DNA of 64,000 nucleotides from an uncultured Alphaproteobacteria bacterium (GTDB lineage: Bacteria > Pseudomonadota > Alphaproteobacteria > HIMB59), in the NCBI GenBank assembly GCA_902591315.1, contig CACJAI010000005.1:11392-75391 (forward strand), given 5' to 3'. Under the pieces are notes generated by a model that saw nothing but the letters and a program-made list of their open reading frames with translations, was not told the DNA's origin and made no database searches. The translations under genes and the position numbers were made by a program. This document shows positions 32,589 through 42,421 of the stretch, piece by piece (positions within the stretch are counted from its first letter, which is position 1; each line of letters begins with the position of its first letter).

Positions 32589-33813
32589 TGATGAATTAGA
32601 AATTTGTAAACAAATTTCGCTTATACTTTCTAAACAAGGTTATGAAGTTACATATGCTAATTCATATAAAGAATTTGTTGATCTTGAGTTAAGAAATTTT
32701 GATTATGATGTTGTACTAGTAGATTTATGGTTAAAAAACAGTACGAAACAGGGAATTGATATTATTCAATTTTTAAAAAATAAATATAAAAATCTAGTTA
32801 TTATTTCATTTAGCGGACACGCAAATATAGATAATGCAATTGATTCTGTTAAAGCAGGAGCTAACGATTTCATTGAAAAGCCATTTGAGACCAAAAAACT
32901 TATTCATATAATCCAAAAAAATTTACTTGAGCTAAAACAACGTGTTACAATCAACAACTATAGGAATAAAATATCATTTCATTCTAAAATAGACACTATT
33001 GGATATGGTGACTATATAGATAATATTTTAAAAATAGTAAATAAAATAAAAAACAATAGTTCAATTTTAATAATTGGCCCCAATGGTATTGGAAAAAGCT
33101 TTCTTGCCAATACTATACATATGAAACTTTCTTCAAATAATCCTGATACTTTTATCAATTTAAATGAAAATTTAATGAATGACTCGGATTTGTTAAAATT
33201 AAGCTCTTTACATAATTATTATACTATCTATTTAAATGACTATGAAAATTTTAATCAATTGGAGTTACTGAATTATTTAAATTTAGTAAAAAGTAAAAAA
33301 ATTAATGCAACAATTATATTTGATAGTAAAAGAATTGATTTGAAAGATCCATTTGTAAATAATATTGACCAAAAAATTATATTAAATCCATTGACGACAA
33401 GGAAAGATGAAATTTTTCCACTTTTTAAGCATTATTTGAATATTTTTGCATTTAAGAGGTTTGAAAATAAAATTGAAATCGATAATGAAGTGCAGAAATT
33501 ATTATTGAATCATACTTGGCCTGGAAACATATTTGAAATAATGAATATAGCTGAGAATATAACAGGATTATTAACTGAAAGTAGTTTATTTGTATCAAAA
33601 AACTTAATAGAGGATTTAATGAATAATTCAATTGATAGTACTGATCTTTATGATTTAAACTACAAAGAAGCAAAAGATAAATTTGAAAAAGACTACCTAC
33701 TTCAAAAATTAAAAATTAATAACTTTAATATGACTTTAACTGCTAAAATGCTTAAGTTAGATAGAGTATCTTTGTATCGAAAAGTTAAATCACTTAATAT
33801 AAAGATAGATTAA
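32566..33813 (+). CDS. ntrX: NtrX-type response regulator (REC, degenerate AAA+, Fis HTH)
   Basis: ILVIDDE, DLWL, SGHANI, DFIEKPF, GPNGIGKS, WPGNI, FEKDYL...TAK-x-L-x-LDR-x-SLYRK. Confidence 0.9.
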   Translation: MTKILVIDDELEICKQISLILSKQGYEVTYANSYKEFVDLELRNFDYDVVLVDLWLKNSTKQGIDIIQFLKNKYKNLVIISFSGHANIDNAIDSVKAGANDFIEKPFETKKLIHIIQKNLLELKQRVTINNYRNKISFHSKIDTIGYGDYIDNILKIVNKIKNNSSILIIGPNGIGKSFLANTIHMKLSSNNPDTFINLNENLMNDSDLLKLSSLHNYYTIYLNDYENFNQLELLNYLNLVKSKKINATIIFDSKRIDLKDPFVNNIDQKIILNPLTTRKDEIFPLFKHYLNIFAFKRFENKIEIDNEVQKLLLNHTWPGNIFEIMNIAENITGLLTESSLFVSKNLIEDLMNNSIDSTDLYDLNYKEAKDKFEKDYLLQKLKINNFNMTLTAKMLKLDRVSLYRKVKSLNIKID

Positions 33814-35141
33814 TGAATATACTTATACTAGGTTCAGGAGTAGTTGGTGCAAATCTTGCAAAAAAATTATCTGAACAAGGAAAAAATGTATTTCTCTTAG
33901 ATGATGATGTTAATGAATTAAAAAATCTATCTGAGAGATTTGATATTAAAACAATTTATGATGACCCATTAAACCCATCTTTTTACAAAAATTTTGATAC
34001 TAAAATTGATTATTTTATAGCTGTCACCAAAAGTGATGAAAAAAATATTATTACAAGTAAGTTTGCTAAAGAATTTTTAAATGTAGATAAATCTATTGCA
34101 AGAGTAAGAAATCAAAATTTAATTTTAGAGGAAAATAAATCACTATTAATTGAATCAAATAGTTTCCTAGATCACATAATCTCACCCGAATGGGAAGTTT
34201 CAAATAATATTTTTGAAAAAATTCATTTACCTGGTGCCTTTTTTAGTGAGTCTCTCATAACACAAGATTATCTTTTAATTGGTATGCAATCATCTGATTT
34301 ATTCAAAAATCATACTTTTGAGGAAATTAAAGTTTTTTTTAAAACAAATAATCTTTGTTATTTGGGACACAGCAAAGATGATAAAATAAATTTTGAATTT
34401 AAAAATATATCAATCTCAGATCAACTTTATCTATTAATTAAGAAAAAGTATTTAAACAAGTTAATTAAATTTTTTGGATTTAAAGACTATGTGTTAGATG
34501 TTTTAATAGTTGGTGGAGGGAATATAGGTCAAAATTTATCTTCTTTGATTGAACATGATGATCAAGAAATTAACTTAAAAATTTTAGAATTAGACAAAGA
34601 AAGATGTAATTTTCTAGCTGGTATTCTAAAAAATACTACTATCTTCAATGGGGATGCATTAGATCAGAGATTATATGAAGAGATTAAATTAAATAATTCT
34701 GATTTAGTTATTACTGTTACAGATAATGATCAAATTAATACTATATTATCTATTATAGCAAAAAAAAGAGGTTCAAAATCAGTTATTTCAGTTATTAACA
34801 ATGAGTCTTATTCTTCTTTTGCAAATGATTTAGGAATTGATGTAATTATAAATCCTAGGGAATTAACAACTTCAAGAATTATTGAAAAAATTTCAAAAGG
34901 CTCTCTCTTGTCATACCATTCCATTTTAAAAGATGAATATGTGATATATGAAATTAAATATAAAAATGAAATTTATGAAAATATAAAAAAATCTCAAGTA
35001 ATTAATCACATATGCACTCTAACTAATGAAACATTAGAAATAACAAATGATGATCATATTCCATTAAATAACGATGTATTAATTTTAAGTGTTTCACAAA
35101 AAGACTCCCATATTTTAGAAAAAATAATCAATGATGATTGA
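33813..35141 (+). CDS. trkA: Trk potassium uptake NAD-binding subunit
   Basis: Two RCK-N domains (GSGVVG, GGGNIG), IAVT-x-SDE-x-N, IARVR, ISPE; follows ntrX. Confidence 0.92.
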   Translation: MNILILGSGVVGANLAKKLSEQGKNVFLLDDDVNELKNLSERFDIKTIYDDPLNPSFYKNFDTKIDYFIAVTKSDEKNIITSKFAKEFLNVDKSIARVRNQNLILEENKSLLIESNSFLDHIISPEWEVSNNIFEKIHLPGAFFSESLITQDYLLIGMQSSDLFKNHTFEEIKVFFKTNNLCYLGHSKDDKINFEFKNISISDQLYLLIKKKYLNKLIKFFGFKDYVLDVLIVGGGNIGQNLSSLIEHDDQEINLKILELDKERCNFLAGILKNTTIFNGDALDQRLYEEIKLNNSDLVITVTDNDQINTILSIIAKKRGSKSVISVINNESYSSFANDLGIDVIINPRELTTSRIIEKISKGSLLSYHSILKDEYVIYEIKYKNEIYENIKKSQVINHICTLTNETLEITNDDHIPLNNDVLILSVSQKDSHILEKIINDD

Positions 35142-35847
35142 TAGTAATTTTTTTTTTGAAACTCATAATTTTCTAAAAAATATAGCTAATAAAATAATTA
35201 TTCCAAATATTGGAAAACTTAGTAAACATGAGGTTTCAACTAAAAAGGATAACTCTAAAGTTACTAGCTATGATGTGATTATAGAAAATAAATTAATTGA
35301 ATATTTTAAAAATATTGGATTTTCTAATATCATCTCAGAAGAGAATAATTCAGAGTTAATTAAAAAAAATGAATACCTCACAGTAGATCCGATTGATGGA
35401 ACAAGAAATTTTATAAATGGTATTAATAAAGTTGCTATAATGCTTTCATATATAAAATCTACTCAATGTGAATTTGCTATAATATATGATCCTATCAATG
35501 ATGTTTTTTATCATACTCATAACAATTCAATATTTAAAAACCACATTCAAATAAAACCCCAAAACTATATTAATCAAATAGGATTTCTAGGCGAACATGC
35601 CAAAGTTTATTTTAAAGATATAATTACTTCTTACACAGAAAAGATAAGATCAAGATCAATTGGCTATGATGTCATTGAAGCTATAGAGGGTGAAAGATCT
35701 TTTTTAACTGTCTATGGATCAAAAATTTGGGATTTATTTCCAGCCATGAGTTTTTTAAAGTTATTAAATTTTGAAACAAATCTTCCAAACATGGAATTTG
35801 ATTATTCAAAATTAGAAAAAAAGATAATTTTTTATGCCAACTTATAA
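35131..35847 (+). CDS. Inositol monophosphatase family protein
   Basis: VT-x-x-D, SEE, VDPIDGTRNF, IYDP, WD-x-x-x-A motifs. Confidence 0.85.
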   Translation: MMIDSNFFFETHNFLKNIANKIIIPNIGKLSKHEVSTKKDNSKVTSYDVIIENKLIEYFKNIGFSNIISEENNSELIKKNEYLTVDPIDGTRNFINGINKVAIMLSYIKSTQCEFAIIYDPINDVFYHTHNNSIFKNHIQIKPQNYINQIGFLGEHAKVYFKDIITSYTEKIRSRSIGYDVIEAIEGERSFLTVYGSKIWDLFPAMSFLKLLNFETNLPNMEFDYSKLEKKIIFYANL

Positions 35848-36703
35848 TATTTTATTTGTTGGACTCGGGAAAATGGGCTTCCACATGGCTGGATATTTGT
35901 CCAAGAATAAAAAATTTAAACTATTTGTATTTAATAGAACTAAATCAGTTGAACTTAAATGGAAAAAAAAATTTATAGCTGAAAGTTATCATTTTAAAAA
36001 TGATATCAAATTTGACTTTATTATTTCCTGCTTAAAAGATGATCATGCAGTTAATTCTTTTTTCAACAAATTTGTAAAAACTTCAAATTTTAATAAAAAT
36101 TCAATTATTATTGATCACTCAACTATATCATTAAGGCAAGTAGATTTACTTTCTAGGTTATTTAAACAAAAAAAAGTAAAATTTTTAGATGCTCCTATAA
36201 CTGGTGGTGAAGAGGGTGCTAAAAAAGGTTCTTTATCAGTAATGGTTGGTGGAACTGAACCAAACTATAATAAGTCAAAAAGAATAATTTCTACTTACTC
36301 TAAGAGTATTACGCATATGGGGAAATTAGGCTCAGGTCAATTAACTAAATTTACTAACCAAATTTTAATTTGTGGTATTCTGTACTCCATATCAGAGGCT
36401 TATCTATTTAGCAAAAAAAATAAACTTGATCAAAAAAAAATTTTTAATGCTATAAAAAACGGTGCAGCTAATTCTTGGCAATTTACTAATAGGTATCCAA
36501 CACTTACTAAAAATAAATTTAATTTTGGTTTTTCTACAGAATTAATGACCAAAGATTTAAAATACGTATTACAACAAGCAAAAAAAACTAATCTAAACTT
36601 AAATCTCACAAAGAGTGTCTTTAACAAATACAAAAGTTTACAAAATACAATTTATAAAAAATATGATACTTCAAGTTTAGTCAAGGCATTTAATGATCAA
36701 TGA
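35834..36703 (+). CDS. NAD(P)-dependent 3-hydroxyisobutyrate dehydrogenase family oxidoreductase
   Basis: GLGKMG-x-x-MA, FNRT, IDHST, FLDAPITGG, GSGQLTK-x-x-NQ, KDL. Confidence 0.9.
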   Translation: MPTYNILFVGLGKMGFHMAGYLSKNKKFKLFVFNRTKSVELKWKKKFIAESYHFKNDIKFDFIISCLKDDHAVNSFFNKFVKTSNFNKNSIIIDHSTISLRQVDLLSRLFKQKKVKFLDAPITGGEEGAKKGSLSVMVGGTEPNYNKSKRIISTYSKSITHMGKLGSGQLTKFTNQILICGILYSISEAYLFSKKNKLDQKKIFNAIKNGAANSWQFTNRYPTLTKNKFNFGFSTELMTKDLKYVLQQAKKTNLNLNLTKSVFNKYKSLQNTIYKKYDTSSLVKAFNDQ

Positions 36704-37287
36704 ATTATTGGAAAAAAGGTTGTTCTTATTTATTAGAGAATGATCCTGTTTTTAAAAATTACTATAATCCAAATCATCAATTAAAAACGAATAAAAATAA
36801 ATTTGACGTTTTATTTAAATCTATCTGTTCACAGCAAATATCTGTTTCTGCAGCAATGTCTATTTATAAAAAATCTAAGAGTGTAATTGGCCCAATAAAT
36901 CATAAAAATTTTAAAGTAAATAAAAGTAAAATAAAAAAATTACCTTTAACTAAAAATAAGAAAAAGTGTTTAAATTCACTTCTAAAGAATTACCATTTAG
37001 TAACTGATATAAAATTAAGTAACAGTAATTTTACAATAGTTAACAATAATTTAACTCAAATTTTTGGCATTGGTAAATGGACTGCTGAAATGTTTTCTAT
37101 ATTTTATTTAGGTTTGCCCAATATATTGCCATTAGGAGATCTTGGTTTTATTAATGCTTATAAAAAATATTATAGAGATAAAAATTTAACTAAATTATCT
37201 TTTCATTCTAACAAATGGCGAAATTACTCAACTATCGTAACATGGTATCTGTGGTCGTCATATGATTCAGAACCTTTATATTTATAA
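36700..37287 (+). CDS. DNA-3-methyladenine glycosylase (AlkA/HhH-GPD family)
   Basis: SI-x-SQQISV-x-AA, GIGKWTAEM, LPLGDLG, WYLW. Confidence 0.9.
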   Translation: MNYWKKGCSYLLENDPVFKNYYNPNHQLKTNKNKFDVLFKSICSQQISVSAAMSIYKKSKSVIGPINHKNFKVNKSKIKKLPLTKNKKKCLNSLLKNYHLVTDIKLSNSNFTIVNNNLTQIFGIGKWTAEMFSIFYLGLPNILPLGDLGFINAYKKYYRDKNLTKLSFHSNKWRNYSTIVTWYLWSSYDSEPLYL

Positions 37288-37346
37288 TTTTATCCTAAAT
37301 TAAAAAAAACAATTTAATCTTTAATAAAAGGAATCTATTAATATTT

Positions 37347-38849
37347 ATGCAATCCATTGTCGAATTCAAAAATATTTATAAATCTTATCCAGGAGTTTTA
37401 GCAAATGATGACGTATCCTTTAAAATCAAAGAACAAACTATTCATGCAATCTTAGGTGAAAATGGTGCCGGGAAGTCAACATTAGTAAAAATTTTATATG
37501 GTCACGTAACACCTGATAGTGGTGAAATTTTAATAAATTCTGATTTAGCAATGATTAATTCACCATCTAATGCAAAAAATTTAGGTATAAATATGGTTTT
37601 TCAACATTTCAGTTTATTTGAGTCACTTACTGTTGCTGAAAACTTAATTCTTGGTATGAATGAAAAAATACCTTTAAGTAAATTAAAGGAAAAGTCTAAG
37701 ACAATATGTGATAAGTATGGTTTTAACTTAAATTTAAACTCTCCTATAAGCTCTTTATCTGTTGGTCAAAGGCAATCCGTCGAAATTGTAAGATCATTAT
37801 TGAATAATCCAAAAATTCTAATCATGGACGAGCCAACTTCTGTTCTTACCCCAGATGAAATTAGTAAATTATTTAAAATTATTAAAAAATTAGTTAAAGA
37901 CGGGCTAACAGTAATTTTTATATCTCATAAACTAGAAGAAATTATAAATTTGTCTGATTATGTAACAATTATGAGAAATGGGAAAGTAATAAGCACAATT
38001 TCGACGCAAAATGAAGATCCTGAAACTTTGGGATATAAAATGCTAGGTTATAAAGTATCTAAAGCAAAACAGATTAGTGGGATTAATTTTTCTCAAGAAA
38101 TTTTTAGAATCAAAAATTTGTCAACTCTATCTAAAGATCCATTTACAATTAATTTAAATCAAATTGATTTAAATTTAAAAAAAGGACAAATTTTTGGAAT
38201 AGCTGGAGTGGCAGGAAATGGCCAGAAAGAATTAATGGAAATTTTACTAAATGAAAACGATTATGAATTTAGTGGAGATATTTTTTTTAAAGACTCAAAC
38301 ATTAATAATCTATCCACATTTCAAAGAAAATCTCTATCTATTTCATATGTTACTGAAGAGAGGTTAGGCCATAGTGCAGTACCTGAGATGTCTTTATCTG
38401 AAAATATATTTTTAAGCATGAATCACAAAAGTGAATTTAAGAAAGGTGATTTTATAAACTTTGAAAAGATTAACTCTTTTGCAAACGATGTAATAAAAAA
38501 TTTCAATGTTGATACTCCCTCTTATAATGTCAAAGCTGGTAAACTCTCTGGAGGAAATCTTCAAAAATTTATTATTGGAAGAGAAATTATGTCAAATCCT
38601 GAGTTATTAATTTTATCTCAACCAACATGGGGCATAGATGCAGGTTCTGAAGCATTTATTAAGCAAACAATTATAGAATTATCACAAAAAGGAGTATCTA
38701 TAATTATTATTTCACACGATTTAGATGAATTACTTGAAGTATGTCACAAAATATCTGTTTTATATGAGGGGTCTTTGTCAAGACCCTTGAATGTAGAAAA
38801 TATAAATATCACCAAATTAGGTAAATATATGGGCGGTCTATTTGATTAG
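37347..38849 (+). CDS. Nucleoside/purine ABC transporter ATPase (tandem NBDs)
   Basis: GENGAGKST, MVFQHF, LSVGQRQ, DEPTSVL, LSGGNLQK, QPTWGID. Confidence 0.92.
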   Translation: MQSIVEFKNIYKSYPGVLANDDVSFKIKEQTIHAILGENGAGKSTLVKILYGHVTPDSGEILINSDLAMINSPSNAKNLGINMVFQHFSLFESLTVAENLILGMNEKIPLSKLKEKSKTICDKYGFNLNLNSPISSLSVGQRQSVEIVRSLLNNPKILIMDEPTSVLTPDEISKLFKIIKKLVKDGLTVIFISHKLEEIINLSDYVTIMRNGKVISTISTQNEDPETLGYKMLGYKVSKAKQISGINFSQEIFRIKNLSTLSKDPFTINLNQIDLNLKKGQIFGIAGVAGNGQKELMEILLNENDYEFSGDIFFKDSNINNLSTFQRKSLSISYVTEERLGHSAVPEMSLSENIFLSMNHKSEFKKGDFINFEKINSFANDVIKNFNVDTPSYNVKAGKLSGGNLQKFIIGREIMSNPELLILSQPTWGIDAGSEAFIKQTIIELSQKGVSIIIISHDLDELLEVCHKISVLYEGSLSRPLNVENINITKLGKYMGGLFD

Positions 38850-39894
38850 AGTAAAATTAAGAGAGGATTACTCAAATTTAATATTTTATTTGTCACCATT
38901 AGTTGCAGTTGCTTTAACTTTATTTTTTGGCTCCTTTATTTTTTTAATTTTGGATTTAAGTCCGATCGAGTCTTTCAAAATCTTTTTTATGAGTCCTATT
39001 TCAAATTCTTATGGGATTTCGGAATTGTTTGTAAAAGCTACACCGCTTGCAATTATAGCTTTGGGATTATCTTATTGTTTTAAAAACAATATTTACAATA
39101 TTGGAGCTGAAGGACAGCTGACGATGGGAGCAATATTTGGTGGTGGTATTGGACTTTTATTTAATGACTCGACAAGTGTTTTTTTACTTCCATTAATGAT
39201 TTTATTTGGCGCCATAGGAGGTGCATTTTGGGCAACTATACCCGCTATTCTTAAAACAAAATTTAATACAAATGAAATTTTAACTAGTTTGATGTTAACC
39301 TATGTGGCTCTTTTTATTCTAGATTATTTTGTTGTTGGTCCTTGGAAAGATCCTGCAGGATATGGTTTGCCTAAATCGATGCCTTTTCCTGATGCTGGAA
39401 GACTTCCTGTATTATTTGATGGCCTTCGTGTTCACATTGGTGCCTATTTTGCAATAATAATATGCTTTATAACTTATATTGTTTACAACAAAACATTATT
39501 TGGATTTAAACTTAAAGTCTCTGGTTTAAGTTCAAAAGCATCTCAATATGCAGGTTTTAAATATAAAAATTTAATTTTTTACACTTTTATTATTAGTGGA
39601 GCATGTGCAGGACTAGCAGGATTATTTGAGGTTTCAGGGCCTATAGGTTTGTTATACAGAGATATTTCTCCTAACTATGGTTTTACTGCAATCATTGTAG
39701 CATTTTTGGGAAGATTGAATCCTATTGGAATTATTTTATCCTCTTTGCTAATTGCATTAACTTATTTAGGAGCTGAAGATGCGCAATTATTTTTAAAGAT
39801 TCCATCAGCTGTTGGTTTTGTATTTCAGGGTTTGGTTCTATTCTTTTTATTGGGCACAGATTTTTTAAATAAATATAGAGTATCAATTGAATGA
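38842..39894 (+). CDS. Nucleoside/purine ABC transporter permease
   Basis: NIGAEGQ, NEILTSLML, GPWKDP, YGFTAIIVAFLGRLNP. Confidence 0.92.
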   Translation: MIRVKLREDYSNLIFYLSPLVAVALTLFFGSFIFLILDLSPIESFKIFFMSPISNSYGISELFVKATPLAIIALGLSYCFKNNIYNIGAEGQLTMGAIFGGGIGLLFNDSTSVFLLPLMILFGAIGGAFWATIPAILKTKFNTNEILTSLMLTYVALFILDYFVVGPWKDPAGYGLPKSMPFPDAGRLPVLFDGLRVHIGAYFAIIICFITYIVYNKTLFGFKLKVSGLSSKASQYAGFKYKNLIFYTFIISGACAGLAGLFEVSGPIGLLYRDISPNYGFTAIIVAFLGRLNPIGIILSSLLIALTYLGAEDAQLFLKIPSAVGFVFQGLVLFFLLGTDFLNKYRVSIE

Positions 39895-40760
39895 ATATTG
39901 AATTAATTATAGGTATCTTAAATATAGTTTTAATATCGACCACACCTCTTGTTTTTGCTGGTTTAGGTGAGTTAGTCACTGAAAAAAGTGGAGTTCTTAA
40001 TCTTGGACTAGAGGGTTTAATGTTGGTGGGAGCAGTAACCGGATTTATTACTTTAGTTTTAACTGGTAACTATTTCTATTCTTTGATTTTGTCAATAATA
40101 TCTGGTGTCATCCTTTCAGGAATATTTGCTTTTTTAGTTTTAAACCTAATGACTAATCAAATAGCAACTGGATTAGCCTTGACAATTTTTGGCATCGGTT
40201 TGAGTGCAATGCTTGGTAAAAAATTTAGTGGAACACCAATTGAAGGATTAAGCCCTTATTATTTTATCATTATTTCTTTTTTGTTAGTGTTTTCAGTAAG
40301 TTATTTTTTATCAAAGACAAAATCTGGACTTATCGTAAGAGCGGTTGGAGAAAACCATAATTCTGCATATGCTTTGGGATATAACGTTATAAAAACAAGA
40401 TATTTAACAATTATATTCGGCGGTGTTATGAGTTCTCTCGCAGGTTATTACATTTCTATTTGTTATGCACCAATGTGGCAGGAGGGAATGACTGCTGGTA
40501 GGGGTTGGATAGCCTTAGCTTTAGTTGTTTTTGCAACTTGGAAACCTTGGAGATTATTAGTAGGTGCATATATTTTTGGTGGCGTTGCAATAATGCAAAT
40601 GAACCTTCAAGCATTTGGTGTAGAACTTCCTGGCCAATTTTTTAATATGATGCCCTATATTGCTACTTTAATAGTCTTAGTATTTATTTCATCAAATAAG
40701 GTAAGATTAAAACTTAGTGCACCATCTTGTCTGAATATACCTTATGAAAAAAATTCATAA
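39891..40760 (+). CDS. Nucleoside/purine ABC transporter permease
   Basis: EKSGVLNLGLEG, NQIATGLA, RAVGEN, AGRGWIALALVVFA-x-W. Confidence 0.92.
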   Translation: MNIELIIGILNIVLISTTPLVFAGLGELVTEKSGVLNLGLEGLMLVGAVTGFITLVLTGNYFYSLILSIISGVILSGIFAFLVLNLMTNQIATGLALTIFGIGLSAMLGKKFSGTPIEGLSPYYFIIISFLLVFSVSYFLSKTKSGLIVRAVGENHNSAYALGYNVIKTRYLTIIFGGVMSSLAGYYISICYAPMWQEGMTAGRGWIALALVVFATWKPWRLLVGAYIFGGVAIMQMNLQAFGVELPGQFFNMMPYIATLIVLVFISSNKVRLKLSAPSCLNIPYEKNS

Positions 40761-40812
40761 GGTTATCCACTGTAAATTTTTCTAATATATAACGAATCTT
40801 TATTTTTATTAT

Positions 40813-40834
40813 ATAAATCTATAAACAGATTTAT
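40813..40834. promoter_or_regulatory. Inverted repeat ATAAATCT-N6-AGATTTAT upstream of the BMP gene
   Basis: Perfect 8-bp arms in the 91-bp intergenic region, just before a GGGA Shine-Dalgarno-like site. Confidence 0.35.
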
Positions 40835-40851
40835 TTATTAGGGAAATTAAA

Positions 40852-41958
40852 ATGAAAAAACAATCTTTGGTATTAGTAGTAATTGCTGCCATTGTAGTAA
40901 TTGCAGGCATTTTTTTTATTACTAATCAAAATATACAAAAAGACGTTTCAGATGACCAAAAAAAGATAGGCTTTATCTATATTGGACCACCTGGGGATCA
41001 TGGCTGGACTTATATGCATGATGTTGGGAGACAATACTTAGAGAAAGAACTTGGTGACTCCGTTTCAACTACTTATATAGAAAATGTACCAGAAAATGCT
41101 GATGCTGTTAGATCAATTAGAAAGCTAGCAGAGTCTGGACATGATCTAATATTTACAACTTCTTTCAACTATATGGATCAAACTTTAGAAGTAGCAAGTG
41201 AATTTCCTGATGTAAAATTTGAACACGCCACTGGTTTTAAAAGGGCTGATAATGTCTCCACATATTCAGCAAGGTTTTATGAAGGTAGGACAGTTATTGG
41301 TCATATTGCAGGTAAAATGACAGAAACAAATACTATCGGTTATATAGTATCTTTTCCTATTCCTGAGGTTATCAGAGGAATAAATGCATTTTATTTAGCC
41401 GCCTCAAAAGTTAATCCGGATGTTAAGATAAAAATTATTTGGGTATATTCCTGGTACGATCCTGGTAAAGAGGCAGATGCAGCAAATACTCTGATCAACC
41501 AAGGAGCTGATATAATAGTTCAGCACACAGACTCTTATGCACCCTGTCAGGCAGCTGAAAAAGCAGGTGTTTTAGCTTTTGGACAAGCTTCAAATCAAGA
41601 GGCATTTTGCCCAAATGCTCACATGACAGCAATAGAGGACATTTGGGGCCCATACTATGCAGCCAAAGCACAAGCGGTTGTTGACGGTACATGGTCTTCC
41701 GAAGATACATGGCAAGGTTTTAAGGACGGTATGGTAGAAATGTCACCTTATAATGAAAAACTACTATCATCAGATCTAATAGCTGAAGCAAAAGCAATAG
41801 AAGAGGGAATTGAAAATGGCACCATTCACTCTTTTGAAGGACCAATTTACAATCAAGCTGGAGAGCTAGTTGTCAAAGAGGGCGAAGTTGCAGATGATGG
41901 TATGTTGGCCTCTATGATGTTCTATGTTCAAGGGATAGACGGAGAGGTACCTCAATAA
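40852..41958 (+). CDS. BMP-family (purine/nucleoside) ABC substrate-binding protein
   Basis: GFIYIGP-x-GDHGWT-x-x-HD-x-GR, IFTTSF, FEHATG, RFYEGR, PIPEVIRGINAF, QHTDS. Confidence 0.93.
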   Translation: MKKQSLVLVVIAAIVVIAGIFFITNQNIQKDVSDDQKKIGFIYIGPPGDHGWTYMHDVGRQYLEKELGDSVSTTYIENVPENADAVRSIRKLAESGHDLIFTTSFNYMDQTLEVASEFPDVKFEHATGFKRADNVSTYSARFYEGRTVIGHIAGKMTETNTIGYIVSFPIPEVIRGINAFYLAASKVNPDVKIKIIWVYSWYDPGKEADAANTLINQGADIIVQHTDSYAPCQAAEKAGVLAFGQASNQEAFCPNAHMTAIEDIWGPYYAAKAQAVVDGTWSSEDTWQGFKDGMVEMSPYNEKLLSSDLIAEAKAIEEGIENGTIHSFEGPIYNQAGELVVKEGEVADDGMLASMMFYVQGIDGEVPQ

Positions 41959-41972
41959 AATAAATTAAATAC

Positions 41973-42398
41973 TCAATCCTGTTCCCAAGGAAAAACAAGC
42001 CAATCTTTGTCTTCAAAGTCATATAAATGGAGATCGGCTTGTTTTTTTCCTGAAGTCTTAGCATACAAAACAACAAACTTTGAGTTTGGCATCATATCTT
42101 TAACTATTTTTGCAGTATCACCACTGTCAACTAAATCATCAATTACAACAAGTTTTTTCTCAGACTTAATTCTTTTAAAAATTTTAATATCAGTATTTTT
42201 TTTCCTGTCTGAGTACGTTTTAAGAGCAATAACATCAATATCTTGAATTCCTAAATAATTAGCAATAATAGACCCTGGTATAAGACCGCCCCTAGATATA
42301 AGAATTAGCTTTTTAGGTTTATATTTTTTTTTAATTAATTTTGCTAATTTTATACAATCAATATGTATATCGTGATAGCTTAAAAAAACCTGTTTCAT
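41973..42398 (-). CDS. gpt: Xanthine/guanine phosphoribosyltransferase
   Basis: SRGGLIPG, PRPP-binding VIDDLVDSG-x-TA, W-x-x-FPWE. Confidence 0.88.
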   Translation of the reverse strand: MKQVFLSYHDIHIDCIKLAKLIKKKYKPKKLILISRGGLIPGSIIANYLGIQDIDVIALKTYSDRKKNTDIKIFKRIKSEKKLVVIDDLVDSGDTAKIVKDMMPNSKFVVLYAKTSGKKQADLHLYDFEDKDWLVFPWEQD

Positions 42399-42421
42399 CC
42401 AAGGATTATAATAAAAAATAA
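42399..42421. promoter_or_regulatory. 23-bp bidirectional promoter candidate; palindrome ATTATAAT gives TATAAT on both strands
   Basis: Minus-strand TATAAT (42410-42405) lies 6 nt before the gpt ATG; plus-strand TATAAT (42407-42412) lies 9 nt before ATG 42422. Confidence 0.65.

Noticed and set aside
37288-37346. Possible purine riboswitch upstream of the ABC operon (also considered at 40761-40851)
   Set aside because: Too short and AT-rich; no purine aptamer core
40763-40771. DnaA-box-like TTATCCACT
   Set aside because: Single 8/9 match, no cluster or oriC context
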